Below are positions 44,221 to 56,249 of a DNA stretch of 64,000 bases, in pieces; within the stretch, counting starts at the first letter, position 1, and every line of letters starts with the position of its first letter. The notes below the pieces were generated by a model, which did not search any database, was not told the DNA's origin, and was given only the letters and a program-made list of their open reading frames with translations. Source of the DNA: an uncultured Verrucomicrobiae bacterium (lineage in GTDB: Bacteria; Verrucomicrobiota; Verrucomicrobiia; Chthoniobacterales; JAFAMB01); NCBI GenBank assembly GCA_963782115.1, contig CAWAIK010000001.1:352001-416000 (forward strand). The letters run 5' to 3'. Position numbers and translations under genes: made by a program.

Positions 44221-44656
44221 TTAACAGAGTTGTCCCGGTGTTCGAAAGGACGAAGCTTGCGAACGGACATTTGTCTCAAGCAGGACGTACCGCTTGATTG
44301 TCGCAAATGCCTGATTCCAAGTGGCGAACGTCTGAGAGTCCGGCAACAAATAGTGGAACACGTTCTCGCTCGGACCGACGATAATCACACCTTTGTCTTG
44401 AGCCAATGCTAAGTCCAAACTCAACGTGGCTGCCTCCGGTCGCCAGGACCGTGTTCGGTCTCTCCGTAAAAATGATAACCGAATCAGCTGCCATGAGGTC
44501 TTGACAATCTGCTCGGGCGATCCCGGAGCTCCATTTAGGCTTCGTCCGGAAGTCCAGCCATCGGGACGTCACAGTGTCGCCGATCGAAAGCAGTTGTTCG
44601 CGGTATCTGCAAAGTTCCGCACGGCGAGCGTATCTAGCCGCTAAATGGTATCGCAT
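44221..44656 (-). pseudogene. Nucleoside 2-deoxyribosyltransferase-like protein, frameshifted
   Basis: YHLAARY.RR, VTSRWL, D..D...AD..I.FT, GG.HVEFG|LALA..K..I.VGP.ENVFH. Confidence 0.65.
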
Positions 44657-45025
44657 ATCCTGATTTTGAATGGAACGCCCTGAAAAAAAAGGAGAACCCG
44701 TTCTTTTGCCAAGAAAAATGAATGGCTCCGGATTGGGTCGAACTCCTCACCAAACAGGGCCCTGAAACGTGATTAAATTGCGTCGACCGGCTTCACATGC
44801 AATTAGGAATACGGAGTCGAGGCTAAGTAAGGCCGACTTGCCGGAGCATTATAATAGGGGACGAGGATGGTATCATCCTTTACACTCTAGTTCCTCGAAA
44901 AAAGACACGAAAAATTGCTTAATCGGAGATAATGGTGCGTTGCAATGGATTTCGTGCGCTTTGTGTTTATTGCGGTTTTGCCTTGGAGAGAGTGAATAGA
45001 AAAAAGGAGCAAAATCGACGGTCAG

Positions 45026-45594
45026 CTAAGAGGATGTCGCGCCGGATTGAGGTGAGGCCAAAGTTGTCGAAAAAGCTGGCCTTCGTGGATCCGTAAAGTC
45101 CCGCGCGCGACCTCCAGAAACACCGCTGGCCAGGCAGAAAAGCCCACCAGATTCATGATCGGGAAAACCGCATCCTGGCTTTTGGCTCCTTGACTGGGGA
45201 TAGAGCTTCTGATTTTGGGCCCTATCGGGCAACGAGCAGCAGTCCTATGATCGATCGAATTCTATCTCCCAAAGAGTTGCGCCAACTCCAGGAACGTTAT
45301 CAAAAGCTCCAATCCGAAATCGCCCAGTTAGGTTGGATCGCTCAAGGTAGCCTGATGCACAAAGAGCTCAACGCCTGGCGCCTGACTCGAAAAATTAAGG
45401 CTAAGACTACCACCCTGGCTCTGTCTCAAACACAGGCCAGCCTCTTTGCACAAGCCATCGCCAATCACCGCCGGCTCGAAGAACTTCTCCAACAAATGCG
45501 TGATCTCAGCCAAATCGTCCTCGGCTTCGACTCCCGGCGTTAAAAAACGCCTCGCCAAAAACATCCCAAACCACCCTTAACTTAGCGCCGTTCG
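45026..45594 (-). mobile_element. Internally deleted IS4-family element with a DUF6788-like passenger gene (45247-45543, +)
   Basis: MPD..NQK.YPQSRSQKPGCGFP transposase motif; end TTAACTTAGCGCCGTTCG next to GGGTCAGACAC x2. Confidence 0.75.
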
Positions 45595-45736
45595 GGGTCA
45601 GACACGGGGTCAGACACCGAATGGCGACACCCACAAAACGTATAACGGCGAAATTTCTCAATCGCCTGCTCTTGTCTTGAAGAAAATCGCCTATTTATAT
45701 AATGTTATGCCATACCCATCAAACCTTAGCCAGAGA

Positions 45737-46000
45737 TTAAGCAGGAGGAAGCGAACGGTTCCAATGGATAGAGCCGGCAACTAGGAATATCCAACCTAAT
45801 AAAAAACTGGTAGTACCGCCAATGATAGATAAACCATTCTCGAAAGAAACAGCGTTCCCGGCACATACTTGATGTTTACTTATCAGGGATAGGAACCCTA
45901 AAAGGGTAAACCCGAGCGGGAGGATCACTATGCTTATGCGCGCAGCCGTTCTTCCCAGGCTATTCTTCCGCGCAACGGCGTCATTTGTTTTCATTTTCAT
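45737..46000 (-). CDS. Small two-TM hypothetical membrane protein
   Basis: 87-aa ATG ORF with two hydrophobic segments. Confidence 0.5.
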   Translation of the reverse strand: MKMKTNDAVARKNSLGRTAARISIVILPLGFTLLGFLSLISKHQVCAGNAVSFENGLSIIGGTTSFLLGWIFLVAGSIHWNRSLPPA

Positions 46001-46361
46001 CTTGTTTTGTCTTCCTGTTCTTCAGCGCGATCAGCCGACTGTTGGAGTCATCCAAACATCGCATCATGTGGCTTCAGCTATTCATACCGGAAGGAAAGCG
46101 AAATTATTCCCGCGAGCGCAACTGCAACATTTAGAAGGGATTCTTTGGATCCTTTCCTTTGTGATCTTCTGTGGAAAATAATTCTTGCAATCTCTCGCGC
46201 GCTAAATATTCCTCGCTATTCCCGAAATGAGGACGATGTTCACGGCTCGCAGATTTCTTAGTGAGTCTGAAAATCTGTCGGTTTTTCAGTTATCCAAACC
46301 AAAAAGCCCGCCGGCGCGAATCCGGCTACTGGGCCGCACTTAAGATCCAAAGTACGAATAG

Positions 46362-47114
46362 ATGAAAAAGTTAGACCCGAGTGAGCGCCAAAGCTTGAGC
46401 GAACGACCAATTTCTTTCGGGCTGGCGGAAAGACAACGTTTAGCGGAAGCAGCACGGCAGGCAGAGATTGCAAATCCCTCCGTAAAGAAATTGCTTCCAG
46501 AACTCCAGTCCACTGCTGAGCAATCTTTTAACAGATTGATCGAGGAATTTTCAAAACTACTAAAGCGACATCAAGATATCATTGAGCTTGAATTGGCACT
46601 CCAACTCGCCAACGACGAGATCATTCAACTGAACGATGACCGCTCAAGTAACCCGGAGAGGTTGGCGCTGAAAAATAGCGAGGCGAGAAACAAAGCTCGC
46701 TCGAAAGCCAACCAGTTGCAAGCTGCCCGAGACCTGGAAGCTAATGCTCTTTCATCAATACCGATTCCGAAAACATGCCTCGAACTCGAACGATGGCGTC
46801 ATGGGCTGCAACAGGCAATTGCCAGCTTCGCGCGCAGCGAGATCAAACATAATACGGAGCGCAGCGCTGTTGAGATGACTGAAGCAATTCTGTCGGAATC
46901 CGTGGCGAAAGATCCGCGGGTCACAGAGCTTTCTCAGAACTCGCGACTGCATCGCAACGCCAAGTCATCCTTTCAACAGGCTGCTGAAGCCATGGATCTG
47001 CTTAAGGAAAAGTTTCATTTCCTTCAGGCTCATCACGAAAAGATCTCGCAATTAATCGATCACGATTTCCAGGCCAAGTTTTGCAGCTGGGAGTGGCAAC
47101 GGATTTGGAATTGA
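46362..47114 (+). CDS. Hypothetical coiled-coil protein
   Basis: 250-aa ATG ORF, helical and E/L/A/Q-rich; no motif recognised. Confidence 0.65.
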   Translation: MKKLDPSERQSLSERPISFGLAERQRLAEAARQAEIANPSVKKLLPELQSTAEQSFNRLIEEFSKLLKRHQDIIELELALQLANDEIIQLNDDRSSNPERLALKNSEARNKARSKANQLQAARDLEANALSSIPIPKTCLELERWRHGLQQAIASFARSEIKHNTERSAVEMTEAILSESVAKDPRVTELSQNSRLHRNAKSSFQQAAEAMDLLKEKFHFLQAHHEKISQLIDHDFQAKFCSWEWQRIWN

Positions 47115-47143
47115 CCGGACCTTCTCTTTGGACCATTCCCGAA

Positions 47144-47500
47144 TCAGAGGCGTTGGAAATGTGTGTCGTGGAAGCGGGTCGGATACTTGAGACCAAACCC
47201 AAGGAGGCGATCCACGCCAATATGGGCGGTCCAAATCAGGCCGTAGGGGAGCAACCAGAGTTGCTTGTAAAAGATCGAAAGGGAAATGAGCAGCAGGGGT
47301 ACGACCAGCACGTGGAACAAGTTATAAAGAGCGGTCCCAAACTGTACGCCCAAATAATAGCCCAACATCGAAAGATCTGGTGCCAAGACCAACACGACAA
47401 ACAGGACCCAACTGCCTCGTAATTCTCCGTAAAGCAGCAGGCTTGCGCCAAATACGATGCCACCTTCAGCGCGAAGAAGTAAATTCGGACGGGTAAGCAC
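47144..47500 (-). CDS. DUF4260 membrane protein
   Basis: LLRAEG, LAPDLSMLGY, YN..H, W.AHIG.DR.LG.GLKY...F.DTH. Confidence 0.88.
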   Translation of the reverse strand: MLTRPNLLLRAEGGIVFGASLLLYGELRGSWVLFVVLVLAPDLSMLGYYLGVQFGTALYNLFHVLVVPLLLISLSIFYKQLWLLPYGLIWTAHIGVDRLLGFGLKYPTRFHDTHFQRL

Positions 47501-47909
47501 TCGCCAAACATAGCACAAGTCACGCAACTCCAGCGAAGCACAATTGCCAACTTCACGACCACCATGCGGTTTGAGCCTTCGGCCGCCCGGAATCACTACC
47601 CAGAAGTAAGAAACATGTCGGCCGTGGCAAAAAGCCATAATAGCAGCCGAGGCTCATCCAAGGATTTTGAGGTATGCTGACAAGGTTAGTTGGCCCATCA
47701 CTTGGCGTCTACTCGCCAAAATCATCATGAAACACATCACCGGCGCCGCCGTAACCCCGTTAATTCATTGCAGCCCACCCAAGCGCTTTGAAGGATCTAC
47801 GTTCGTGAAGTTCAGAGCCAGTCCGACCAGGCTCCCCAGTGCGGGCGCATCTCCGGTTTGTTAAACTTTTTGCTGACCTACTTCTCTTTTTTATGGAAGA
47901 AAGAGCTGC

Positions 47910-48759
47910 ATGTTGCGGCCGGTGATCTGTCAGGGACGAAGGATATCACCCGAAGAACTAGAATGGTTGCGTGGATGGATAGTAACGCATGGGGATTGGA
48001 GTCGGAAGCGCTTGGCGCGGGAGCTGTGCGTATTGTGGGATTGGCGCAACGGCGTGGGGCGGCTGAAGGATTTTGCGGCACGCAGTTTTCTGTGCAAGCT
48101 AGCCGAGCGCGGACTGATCGAACTGCCGCCGGTGCGAGAATACAAAAGGAGTGGAGCGCAAAGGCTTGGGTGGGTGAAGGGAGATTTTGAGCACACACCG
48201 GAGCCACTCTGCGCGGAGTTGAAGCGACTACGGCCTGTCGAGCTCGATTGGGTGGAAGCCAGCAGCGAGGGGGCGCGGCGAGTAGCATTTTATTTAGATC
48301 GTTACCCACTATTTGGGATGGCACGTAGTGGGGCAAAACATCGGGTATCTGGCCCGAGATAGCTCAGGGCGGGATTTAGCTGTGCTCCTGTTTGGGGCTG
48401 CGGCTTGGCGCTGCGCAGCGCGCGATCGGTACTTGAACTGGAGCGAATCAGAGCATCTGGTTGGACTTCAGCGGATAGCCAACAACAGCCGGTTTTTGAT
48501 TTTGCCACATGTGCGGGTACCGCATCTAGCCAGTCATCTGCTGGCTTTGGTAGCGCGACGAATCAGTGGGGACTGGCAACAAAAATACGGACATGGCTTG
48601 GATTGGCTGGAGAGCTTTGTGGAGCTGGGACGTTTTCGCGGTACCTGTTATCAGGCCGCCAACTGGCGTTGTGTTGGCCAAACGCGTGGTCGCAGCCGCT
48701 ACGACCGCGACCGGACTCTGAGCGTGCCGCCCAAAGCAGTTTATCTCTACCGGCTCTAG
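47910..48759 (+). pseudogene. DUF4338 (DruA-like, IS-associated) protein, frameshifted near 48305
   Basis: SR..LA.ELC..WDWR..G.LK, AAAW.CAARD, IANNSRFLILP, LAS..L, Y.AANW..VG.T.GR. Confidence 0.85.
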
Positions 48760-48876
48760 ATGAAGGTCCTACTGGGAGTTGAAGCTCAAACCCTAGCCGA
48801 AGGCCGCGAGTGGACCCGTCAGCGGTTGGAGGAGCGGCTCCAAGCGCAGGCCGATCAAATCGGGATCGGATTATTG

Positions 48877-50218
48877 GGGACAGGTCAGATAAGCGGACAG
48901 ACAAACGCGACGCCCTTCGATCCGGGCCTCCAAGGAGATCCCAGCGTCCAGGGATCCCAGCCTCCAGGGACAGGTCAAATATCAATCCTGGTTTTGGGGT
49001 GGCTGTTTGCGCTCACTGTCGGACAACCCGCAGAGAAAGCGGTCAGTGTCAGCGGCAGAGAAGGGTCGGTTCATCAGACTGAGCTGGGGCCGCCGCTGAG
49101 AGTTTTCGGGTCTCGATCCAAATACTTGACCTGTCCCTATGATTGCCCCTTCTCGTCCCTATGATTGCCTCTTCTCGATCAGCGACCCTTCGCCCTTCTT
49201 TGGACGGTGTCTCATAATTGGGGACAGGTCAGAATGGCGCGAAGATAAGGCACATTTAGGAGCGATTCTTCGGACGGTTTCGGTGTGGTGCGGTGCGCAT
49301 TTGATGGCGAGGTTTGGTAAGTAGTTGATAGTTTTTCGGGTGCCGTTTTCGAGCTCGAGGTTCGCAGCGGTGGGGACGGAGTGGGACCAAATCGGAGGCG
49401 ATGGTACGTAGCAGAGCGTCGAAGAGCAGGGCCTGTTTACGAGGCCTGCGGTGAGTAGCATAGATGGCGTCTGCGAAATGGTGGAGGCTATCCAGCGAAC
49501 CTTTGAAGGGGATGAGATTGGGGACAGGTCAGTGGGACAGGTCAAAAGGCGAAAATTTAATGGGGACAGGCGAAAATTTAATGGGGACAGGTCAGATCGC
49601 TGCAACTACGCGGCCGCAACCGTTAGCGTCAGGAACTTAAGATTTTCTACCGGCATGGGTCTTCTAGATCAGCGACCCTTGGCTCCTCTTTGGACTGTTC
49701 GATATTTTGACCTGTCCCCTGCACTGTCCTGCCATTCACGGCGACAGGTCAGATGGCACAACTAACGTAAGCGCACCGCCACCTCATCTGGCGGCTTGGC
49801 GCATTTTTTGGTCAAGTGGGGCGATGGAAGAACAAGGTGAGCTGTCGCCATCGAACACAACCTAAAGGCGAGGAGGTCAAGCGACTGATCGATGAATTTG
49901 AAGCGAGCGGATTGAGCTCGACCGCGTTCTGCCGGAGCCGGGGTCTGGCGCCGAGCACGCTGCAGCGACATCTGCGTGTGAGGCGGCTGGGAAGTGAGAG
50001 TCGAAGTCCGGGATGTCGCTTGGTCTGTGAGCGTCGCCCCGAGGTTAAACCGAAGGCCGGGGAGACGCAACTGGAGGTTTTGCTGTCGGGAGGAGTCCTT
50101 TTTTTTGATCGGATTCTTTATCCGTATCATCCCTGTTTTAAACAAACTTTTGAAATGTTTTGGATCCGCTGGAAGTCTACGAGATTCTGTTCCAAACACA
50201 GGGACAGGTCAAATATTG
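48877..50218. repeat. Left REP-like cluster (GGGACAGGTC/GACCTGTCCC), including REPIN-like unit 48967-49137
   Basis: Motif at ~48877, 48967, 49128, 49221, 49521, 49534, 49583, 49709, 49741, 50201. Confidence 0.88.
49767..50095 (+). mobile_element. IS66 left end with tnpA remnant
   Basis: GTAAGCGCACCG end; LIDEFEASGLS..AFCRSRGL..STL. Confidence 0.75.
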
Positions 50219-50273
50219 AGCTGATATCGATTTTATGCTACACTTTTATTTAATGTTATGTAAACTCCGGTGC

Positions 50274-51278
50274 ATGCGTTTCCCACGAGTCAAAGCCGAG
50301 GGTCAGAGTTTTTACCACTGCATCTCGAGAACCGTTGAGGGCCGCTTTATCTTCACCTCTGCTCCCGGGCCTTGTTTTGAGGCCGAGCAATTTCTCTCTC
50401 TGATGCGTCGCCTGGAGGCTTTCAGCGGGGTTCGGGTCCGGACCTACGTTCTGATGGCTAACCATTTCCATCTGCTTTGTGAAGTGCCTGAACCCAAGCC
50501 TTTGACGCAAAGCGAAGTCCTTGAACGCATTCAAGCCGGCTACGGCCCGGAACGGGTGCAGGCCCTCCAGCAGCAATTGGCGCGCTTTGCTGAGCAGCCC
50601 GATGGCCTCGCTCAGAGCAAGCGCTTGCTGGCACCTTATCGCAAGCGCATGAATGACCTCTCGATCTTTATCAAAGAGCTCAAAGGCCGCTTTGCCCAGT
50701 GGTACAACCGCCGCCACGGCCGGTACGGAACTCTGTGGGCCGAGCGCTTTAAAAGCGTTCTGTTGGAAGGGGGCCGGGCCGTGGCCACGGTGGCCGCCTA
50801 CATCGATCTGAACCCGGTTCGGGCGGCTCTGTGTTCGGATCCTAAGGAGTATCGTTACTGCGGTTACGCCGAGGCGCAGGCCAAGGGGTCCGCTCTGGCC
50901 CAGGAAGGAATCAGGGTCATCCTTGATTTGCCCCAGACCACGTGCTGCGAGGAACTCAGCAGAGAATATCGCAAGCACCTGTTTTTGAGAGGCGCTACTG
51001 CAACCGAGTACAACCCGCCGGCCTTTGAACTAGCCAAGGCCCAAGAGGTCGTCGAGCAGGAGAACGGCGAACTCTCGCCCCAGGAGCGGCTGCGCTGCAG
51101 AATTCGCTATTTTAGCGACGGAGTCATCCTGGGAAGTCGCTCCTTTGTGGACTCTCACTGTCAGCGACTAAAGCAAAAGATCGGCTACCAGCGCAAAAGC
51201 GGCCCTACCGCCTTAAAGACCCTCGGCCAAGCCACGCTCTGGGTTTTTCGCAATCTGCGAGTCCGAACGTTCGGTTGA
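50274..51278 (+). CDS. REP-associated tyrosine transposase (RAYT; Y1 HUH, IS200/IS605 superfamily)
   Basis: YHCISR, YVLMANHFHLL (HUH), LWAERFKS.L, YIDLNPVRA.L..DP..Y.Y. Confidence 0.9.
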   Translation: MRFPRVKAEGQSFYHCISRTVEGRFIFTSAPGPCFEAEQFLSLMRRLEAFSGVRVRTYVLMANHFHLLCEVPEPKPLTQSEVLERIQAGYGPERVQALQQQLARFAEQPDGLAQSKRLLAPYRKRMNDLSIFIKELKGRFAQWYNRRHGRYGTLWAERFKSVLLEGGRAVATVAAYIDLNPVRAALCSDPKEYRYCGYAEAQAKGSALAQEGIRVILDLPQTTCCEELSREYRKHLFLRGATATEYNPPAFELAKAQEVVEQENGELSPQERLRCRIRYFSDGVILGSRSFVDSHCQRLKQKIGYQRKSGPTALKTLGQATLWVFRNLRVRTFG

Positions 51279-51482
51279 CTAAGATTCGTCTGGGCGTCTG
51301 ACTCTCCAACCGCGCAACCGCACTCAACCAAGGGTTTGGAGCAGCGCGGAACTACTGCAACGTTCTCCGTGACGCGATAGCGGCGATCGGTGCATTGCTC
51401 TCGCTACCGGGCTTCGACGCTACGGTGTGCATCGTCTCTCATTTGAAGGTTGACCTACCCTTCTTTGGTCCGCCCATAAATT

Positions 51483-52590
51483 CGACCTGTCCCTGACGCT
51501 CCGTGATTTTCGACCGTTGCAGGGGTCTTCTCGATCAGCGCCTCTTCGCTCCCCTTTGGACGGTTCAGTATTTGACCTGTCCCTTTGCGACGTTCCCCGT
51601 TTTTGGCTTCCCCCACTCGTCCCGGCCTCCAGGACAGGTCGATATTAATCCTGATTTTGGGGCGGCTGTTTGCGCGCATAATCGGGACAACCGTCAAAGA
51701 AAGCTGTCAGTATCAGCGCCAAAGAAGGTCGGTTCTCAGCCTGAGATGGCGCCACTCAGAGTTTTCGGTTCTCGATCCAAATATTTGACCTGTCCCTCGT
51801 TTTTTTTCCCCTCGTTTTTTTTGAACCGGCGGCCCATTTTCAACGCAACCCTCCGGGCCGCGGCCGGTTGGCTGTTTTTCCGCGTTGCTCGCTCGACCCG
51901 TATGACTCAGATATGGGCGCTTCGCTCGCGCCTTGCAACGGATGTTCCTTGGGAACATGCGTTGCAAAACAGCCAACTGCCCTGCGGAGACATCCCCATT
52001 ATATGCGAGACGGTGCACTAGCTTCTCCCCTCGGTCCGCCCGTAAATTCGACCCGTCCATGCGACTGACGTTCGACCTGTCCTCGTAACTTTCCCATCCA
52101 AAATATTTTGACCTATCCCTAGGATCCGCTGCGGACAGACAAACGCGGCGCCCTTCAATATCTGACCTGTCCCTCGTTTTACCCTCCGCAGCGACGATCC
52201 ATCCCGGCCTCCAGGGACATCCCGGCCTCCAGGGACAGGTCAAATATCAATCCTGGTTTTCGGGCGGCTGTTTGGGCGCATAATCGGGACAACCGGCAGA
52301 GAAAGATGTTCAGTATTAGCGGCAGAGAAGGGTCGGTTCATCAGGCCGAGTTGAGGCCGCCGCTCAGAGTTTTCGGGTCTCGATCCAAATATTTGACCTG
52401 TCCCTCGTTTCTTGATCCATGCGACTGACCTTCGACCTGTCCCTGTAACTTTCGATCGACCTGTCCCTGTAACTTTCGACCTGTCTCTGTAACTGATCCC
52501 CATTATATGCGAGACGGTGCACTAGCTTCTCCCCTCGGTCCGTCCATAAATTCGACCAGTCCATGCGACTGAGCTTCGACCCTGTTCCTG
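51483..52590. repeat. Right REP-like cluster, including REPIN-like units 51632-51796 and 52232-52404
   Basis: About a dozen GACCTGTCCC/GGGACAGGTC copies; duplicated modules 51993-52075 / 52498-52580; tandem TCGACCTGTCCCTGTAACT x3 at ~52432-52494. Confidence 0.88.
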
Positions 52591-52724
52591 GCGCGCTATA
52601 TCCGTAAGAACTCGTTGCCGAGCTATACTTTAAAAGTACGGCAACAGTTCCATAGGCGTATTGGAAAGGTTCATAGATCCGTGGGAGAATGCTCCGCCTT
52701 GGCCGACAAAAGGAGAATTACACC

Positions 52725-55094
52725 ATGAAGACAAACACACTTTCCCCGGAACTGCTTCACAAGATGGATGCCTACTGGCGCGCAGCCAACTATCTGGCGG
52801 TCGGCCAGATTTATCTTTACGATAATCCGCTGCTAAAGCGGCCCCTGGCCCTCGGGGATGTGAAGCACATGCTGCTGGGTCACTGGGGCACGACCCCCGG
52901 GCAGAACTTCATTTACATGCACTTGAACCGTGTTATCAAAAAATACGATCTCGACATGATTTACGTTTCCGGCCCCGGGCACGGCGGGCCGGCCGTGGTG
53001 GGCAACACTTATCTCGAGGGCACTTACAGCGAGATCTATCCCAACATCAGCCAGGACGAGGCCGGGCTTCGGAAGCTCTTTGTTCAGTTTTCGTTTCCGG
53101 GAGGAATTCCCAGCCACGCATCACCAGAGTGCCCCGGCTCGATCCACGAGGGCGGCGAGTTGGGCTATTCGATAAGCCATTCGTTCGGGGCAGTGTTCGA
53201 CAATCCTAGTCTCGTTGTTGCCTGCGTCGTCGGCGATGGCGAGGCGGAAACCGGACCGCTGGCCACGGCGTGGCATTCCAACAAGTTTCTGAATCCGGCC
53301 GCCGACGGCGCGGTGCTGCCGATCCTTCATCTCAACGGGTACAAAATTTCCAACCCAACCATCCTCGCTCGCATCACCCGCGAGGAATTGGAACAGTTGC
53401 TCCGCGGTTACGGATGGACGCCCTTCTTCGTCGAGGGTCACGAGCCCGAGCTCATGCACGAAGCGATGGCCGCGACCCTCGACACGGCGGTGGAGCAGAT
53501 CAAAAAAATCCAGGAAGACGCTCGCATGCAGGGCAACATTGCGCGTCCGCGCTGGCCGATGATCGTCCTCAATTCACCCAAGGGCTGGACGGGGCCGAAG
53601 ATGGTCGATGGCCTGCAGGTTGAAGGCACGTTCCATGCGCACCAGGTGCCGCTCTCCGATCCGGCCACTCATCCCGAACATCTCAAGCTGTTGGAAGATT
53701 GGCTGAAGAGTTACCGCCCGGAGGAACTCTTCGATGAGCAGGGGCGCCTGAAACCGGAACTGGCCGAACTTGCGCCCAAGGGCGAACGGCGCATGGGCGC
53801 GAATCCCCATGCCAACGGCGGTATTTTGCTCCGCGACCTGCGGATGCCGGATTTCCGTGATTACGGGGTGGAGGTGCCCTCGGCAGGGGTCGGCGGCGTC
53901 GGCGACACCCGCGTGCTCGGGCGTTTTCTGCGCGATGTGACGCAAATGAATAGTGAGCGACGGAACTTTCGGGTCTTTGGCCCTGACGAGACGCTCTCCA
54001 ACGGCCTGGAAGCCCTCTTTGAAGTGACCAAGCGTCAATGGGACGCCGCAACCGAGCCGAACGACGAATTTCTCTCGCCCGCTGGGCGCGTGATGGAAAT
54101 GCTCAGCGAGCACCAATGCGAGGGGTGGCTCGAGGGTTACCTACTCACCGGGCGGCATGGGCTCTTCAACTGCTACGAGGCGTTCATCCACATCGTTGAT
54201 TCGATGTTCAACCAGCACGCCAAATGGCTGAAGGTCACCTCTCAGCTGCCGTGGCGGCGGAAGATCTCCTCGTTGAACTACTTGTTGGCCTCGCATGTCT
54301 GGCGCCAGGATCACAACGGCTTCACGCACCAGGATCCCGGCTTCGTCGACCACGTCGTGAACAAGAAGGCTGAGGTTGTTCGCGTTTACCTTCCGCCGGA
54401 TGCAAACTGCCTGTTGTCGGTAATGGACCACTGCCTGCGCAGCCGTCATTACGTCAACGTCGTGATTGCGGGCAAACACCCCGCACCGCATTGGCTGACG
54501 ATGGACGCCGCCGTGAAGCACTGCGCCGAGGGCATCGGTATCTGGCAGTGGGCCAGCAGCGACCAGAGCGTTGCACCCGACGTGGTCATGGCCTGCTGTG
54601 GTGACGTGCCCACGCTGGAAACGCTCGCCGCCGTTTCCATTATGCGCGAGCATCTGCCCGACCTCCGCATCCGGCTGGTCAACGTCGTCGACCTCATGAA
54701 GCTGCAGCCGCAAACCGAGCATCCGCATGGACTGAGCGATCTGGATTTCGACGCGCTTTTTACTAAGGATAAACCCGTGATCTTCGCGTTCCACGCCTAC
54801 CCGTGGTTGATCCACCGGCTGACCTATCGTCGGACCAACCACGGCAACATCCACGTCCGCGGCTACAAGGAAGAGGGCACTATCACCACACCCTTCGACA
54901 TGACGGTGCTGAATGATCTGGACCGCTTCCACCTGGTGATCGACGTGATCGACCGCGTGCCGCAGGCCGGCGACAAGGGCATCTACCTGAAGCAGCAGCT
55001 CGAGGACAAGCTGATCGAGCACAAACAATACATCGACAAAAACGGCGAAGACCTGCCGGAGATTCGGAATTGGAAGTGGGGCAGCAAAGTGTAA
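52725..55094 (+). CDS. xfp: Xylulose-5-phosphate/fructose-6-phosphate phosphoketolase
   Basis: [73 protein letters not shown]. Confidence 0.97.
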   Translation: MKTNTLSPELLHKMDAYWRAANYLAVGQIYLYDNPLLKRPLALGDVKHMLLGHWGTTPGQNFIYMHLNRVIKKYDLDMIYVSGPGHGGPAVVGNTYLEGTYSEIYPNISQDEAGLRKLFVQFSFPGGIPSHASPECPGSIHEGGELGYSISHSFGAVFDNPSLVVACVVGDGEAETGPLATAWHSNKFLNPAADGAVLPILHLNGYKISNPTILARITREELEQLLRGYGWTPFFVEGHEPELMHEAMAATLDTAVEQIKKIQEDARMQGNIARPRWPMIVLNSPKGWTGPKMVDGLQVEGTFHAHQVPLSDPATHPEHLKLLEDWLKSYRPEELFDEQGRLKPELAELAPKGERRMGANPHANGGILLRDLRMPDFRDYGVEVPSAGVGGVGDTRVLGRFLRDVTQMNSERRNFRVFGPDETLSNGLEALFEVTKRQWDAATEPNDEFLSPAGRVMEMLSEHQCEGWLEGYLLTGRHGLFNCYEAFIHIVDSMFNQHAKWLKVTSQLPWRRKISSLNYLLASHVWRQDHNGFTHQDPGFVDHVVNKKAEVVRVYLPPDANCLLSVMDHCLRSRHYVNVVIAGKHPAPHWLTMDAAVKHCAEGIGIWQWASSDQSVAPDVVMACCGDVPTLETLAAVSIMREHLPDLRIRLVNVVDLMKLQPQTEHPHGLSDLDFDALFTKDKPVIFAFHAYPWLIHRLTYRRTNHGNIHVRGYKEEGTITTPFDMTVLNDLDRFHLVIDVIDRVPQAGDKGIYLKQQLEDKLIEHKQYIDKNGEDLPEIRNWKWGSKV

Positions 55095-55134
55095 TCGGCT
55101 TCTTCGCCTTGCGGGCGGCGCGGGCGGGAAATTA

Positions 55135-55171
55135 CAGCCCTTCGGAAGTCGCATGACTTCTCGAAGGGCTG
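55135..55171. terminator. Stem-loop between convergent xfp and malG
   Basis: CAGCCCTTCG-GAAGTC-GCAT-GACTTC-TCGAAGGGCTG; no clear T-run. Confidence 0.5.
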
Positions 55172-55346
55172 CGTTCCCCCCTAAGGAACAATTGTTTCGA
55201 CGGCTCTAATTTGACGTTGGTCAACGCCGATCTCCTCGCCCTTTTCACCCATACCCGCTCCACCACAGCGGTGCTCAATGAATTTTAGCCCTTGCCGCCT
55301 CAAGAATATTCGGCAATGGATTGTTTGAGAGCACCCCTAACGGCCT

Positions 55347-56249
55347 TTATTCTTTCACTCCACCAGAGGTCAGACCGCCGACGATATACTTTTGGCAGAC
55401 CAGGAAGATGGCCGTAATTGGCACGCCGCTCAGCACCGCTAGCGCAGCAAAGCGACCCCAGAGTTGTTCGTGTTCGGGCAAAAACGAATTGGCACCGACC
55501 GCCATCGTCCAGTTGGTTCGGGCCTGCAGAACAATCGATGCTACGGGATACTCAGACATGAAGGCGATGAAAGAAAGGATGAACACCACCGCAAAAATCG
55601 GGAGACTTATCGGCAGGAGAATTTGGACGAAGGTTTGGAACTGAGAGGCGCCATCGATCCGGGCTGATTCCTCCATGCTTGCGGGGATGGTGTCAAAGTA
55701 ACCTTTGATCATCCAAATGTAACCCGATATTCCGCCCAGGTAGACCATGACGAGGCCAGTTTGAGTGTTCAGTCCAAGCCAACGTACGTATTGGCCCGTG
55801 AAATCAAGAATCGCGTAGATTGCGACCAGGGCCAGCACCCCTGGGAACATCTGGAGAATAAGGAGGCTGCGCAGAGTCACCGTCTTGAACTTGAAGTGAA
55901 GCCGGGCAAACGCATAGGCGGCCGTTCCGGACAGGAGGATGATGCCGATCGAGGCGGCGGCGGAGATTTTGATCGAGTTCCACAACCAGATTAACGCCGG
56001 TGTTTCGGCCTTAATGAGGCGCGTTTCACCCGTAGCGCTGTTTACTACCTCCTGATAGGGGATACCCAGAACATATTTCCAATGCTCCAAACTGACGTTG
56101 CCTGGCAGCAATCCGCTGGGCGCGAAATTGCCCCTGCGCAGGGAAGCCGATATGACGATGAGATACGGGACCAGAACCAAGGCCAGCAAGGCCATAATCA
56201 AGACATGGGAGATCCCCAGCCGCATCACGGTCTTTTGTTGGGAAGTCAT
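55347..56249 (-). CDS. malG: Maltose/maltodextrin ABC permease MalG
   Basis: [52 protein letters not shown]. Confidence 0.93.
   Translation of the reverse strand: MTSQQKTVMRLGISHVLIMALLALVLVPYLIVISASLRRGNFAPSGLLPGNVSLEHWKYVLGIPYQEVVNSATGETRLIKAETPALIWLWNSIKISAAASIGIILLSGTAAYAFARLHFKFKTVTLRSLLILQMFPGVLALVAIYAILDFTGQYVRWLGLNTQTGLVMVYLGGISGYIWMIKGYFDTIPASMEESARIDGASQFQTFVQILLPISLPIFAVVFILSFIAFMSEYPVASIVLQARTNWTMAVGANSFLPEHEQLWGRFAALAVLSGVPITAIFLVCQKYIVGGLTSGGVKE

Noticed and set aside
44715..44752. tRNA-like 3' fragment (GTTCGAC..GGAGCCA on the minus strand) as an att site
   Set aside because: Stems do not pair convincingly and it does not match the tRNA-Leu at 4036.
47910..48759. Druantia anti-phage system
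   Set aside because: Only a frameshifted DUF4338 gene in IS debris; no DruE helicase or partner genes.
48877..52590. Possible CRISPR array
   Set aside because: The repeat core is only ~10-16 bp, occurs in both orientations with irregular spacing and repeated spacers; there are no cas genes.
30692..55154. Long antisense ORFs (30692-31612, 30826-31926, 34844-36001, 50256-50978, 54141-55154)
   Set aside because: Shadows of well-supported genes on the opposite strand; no motifs of their own.
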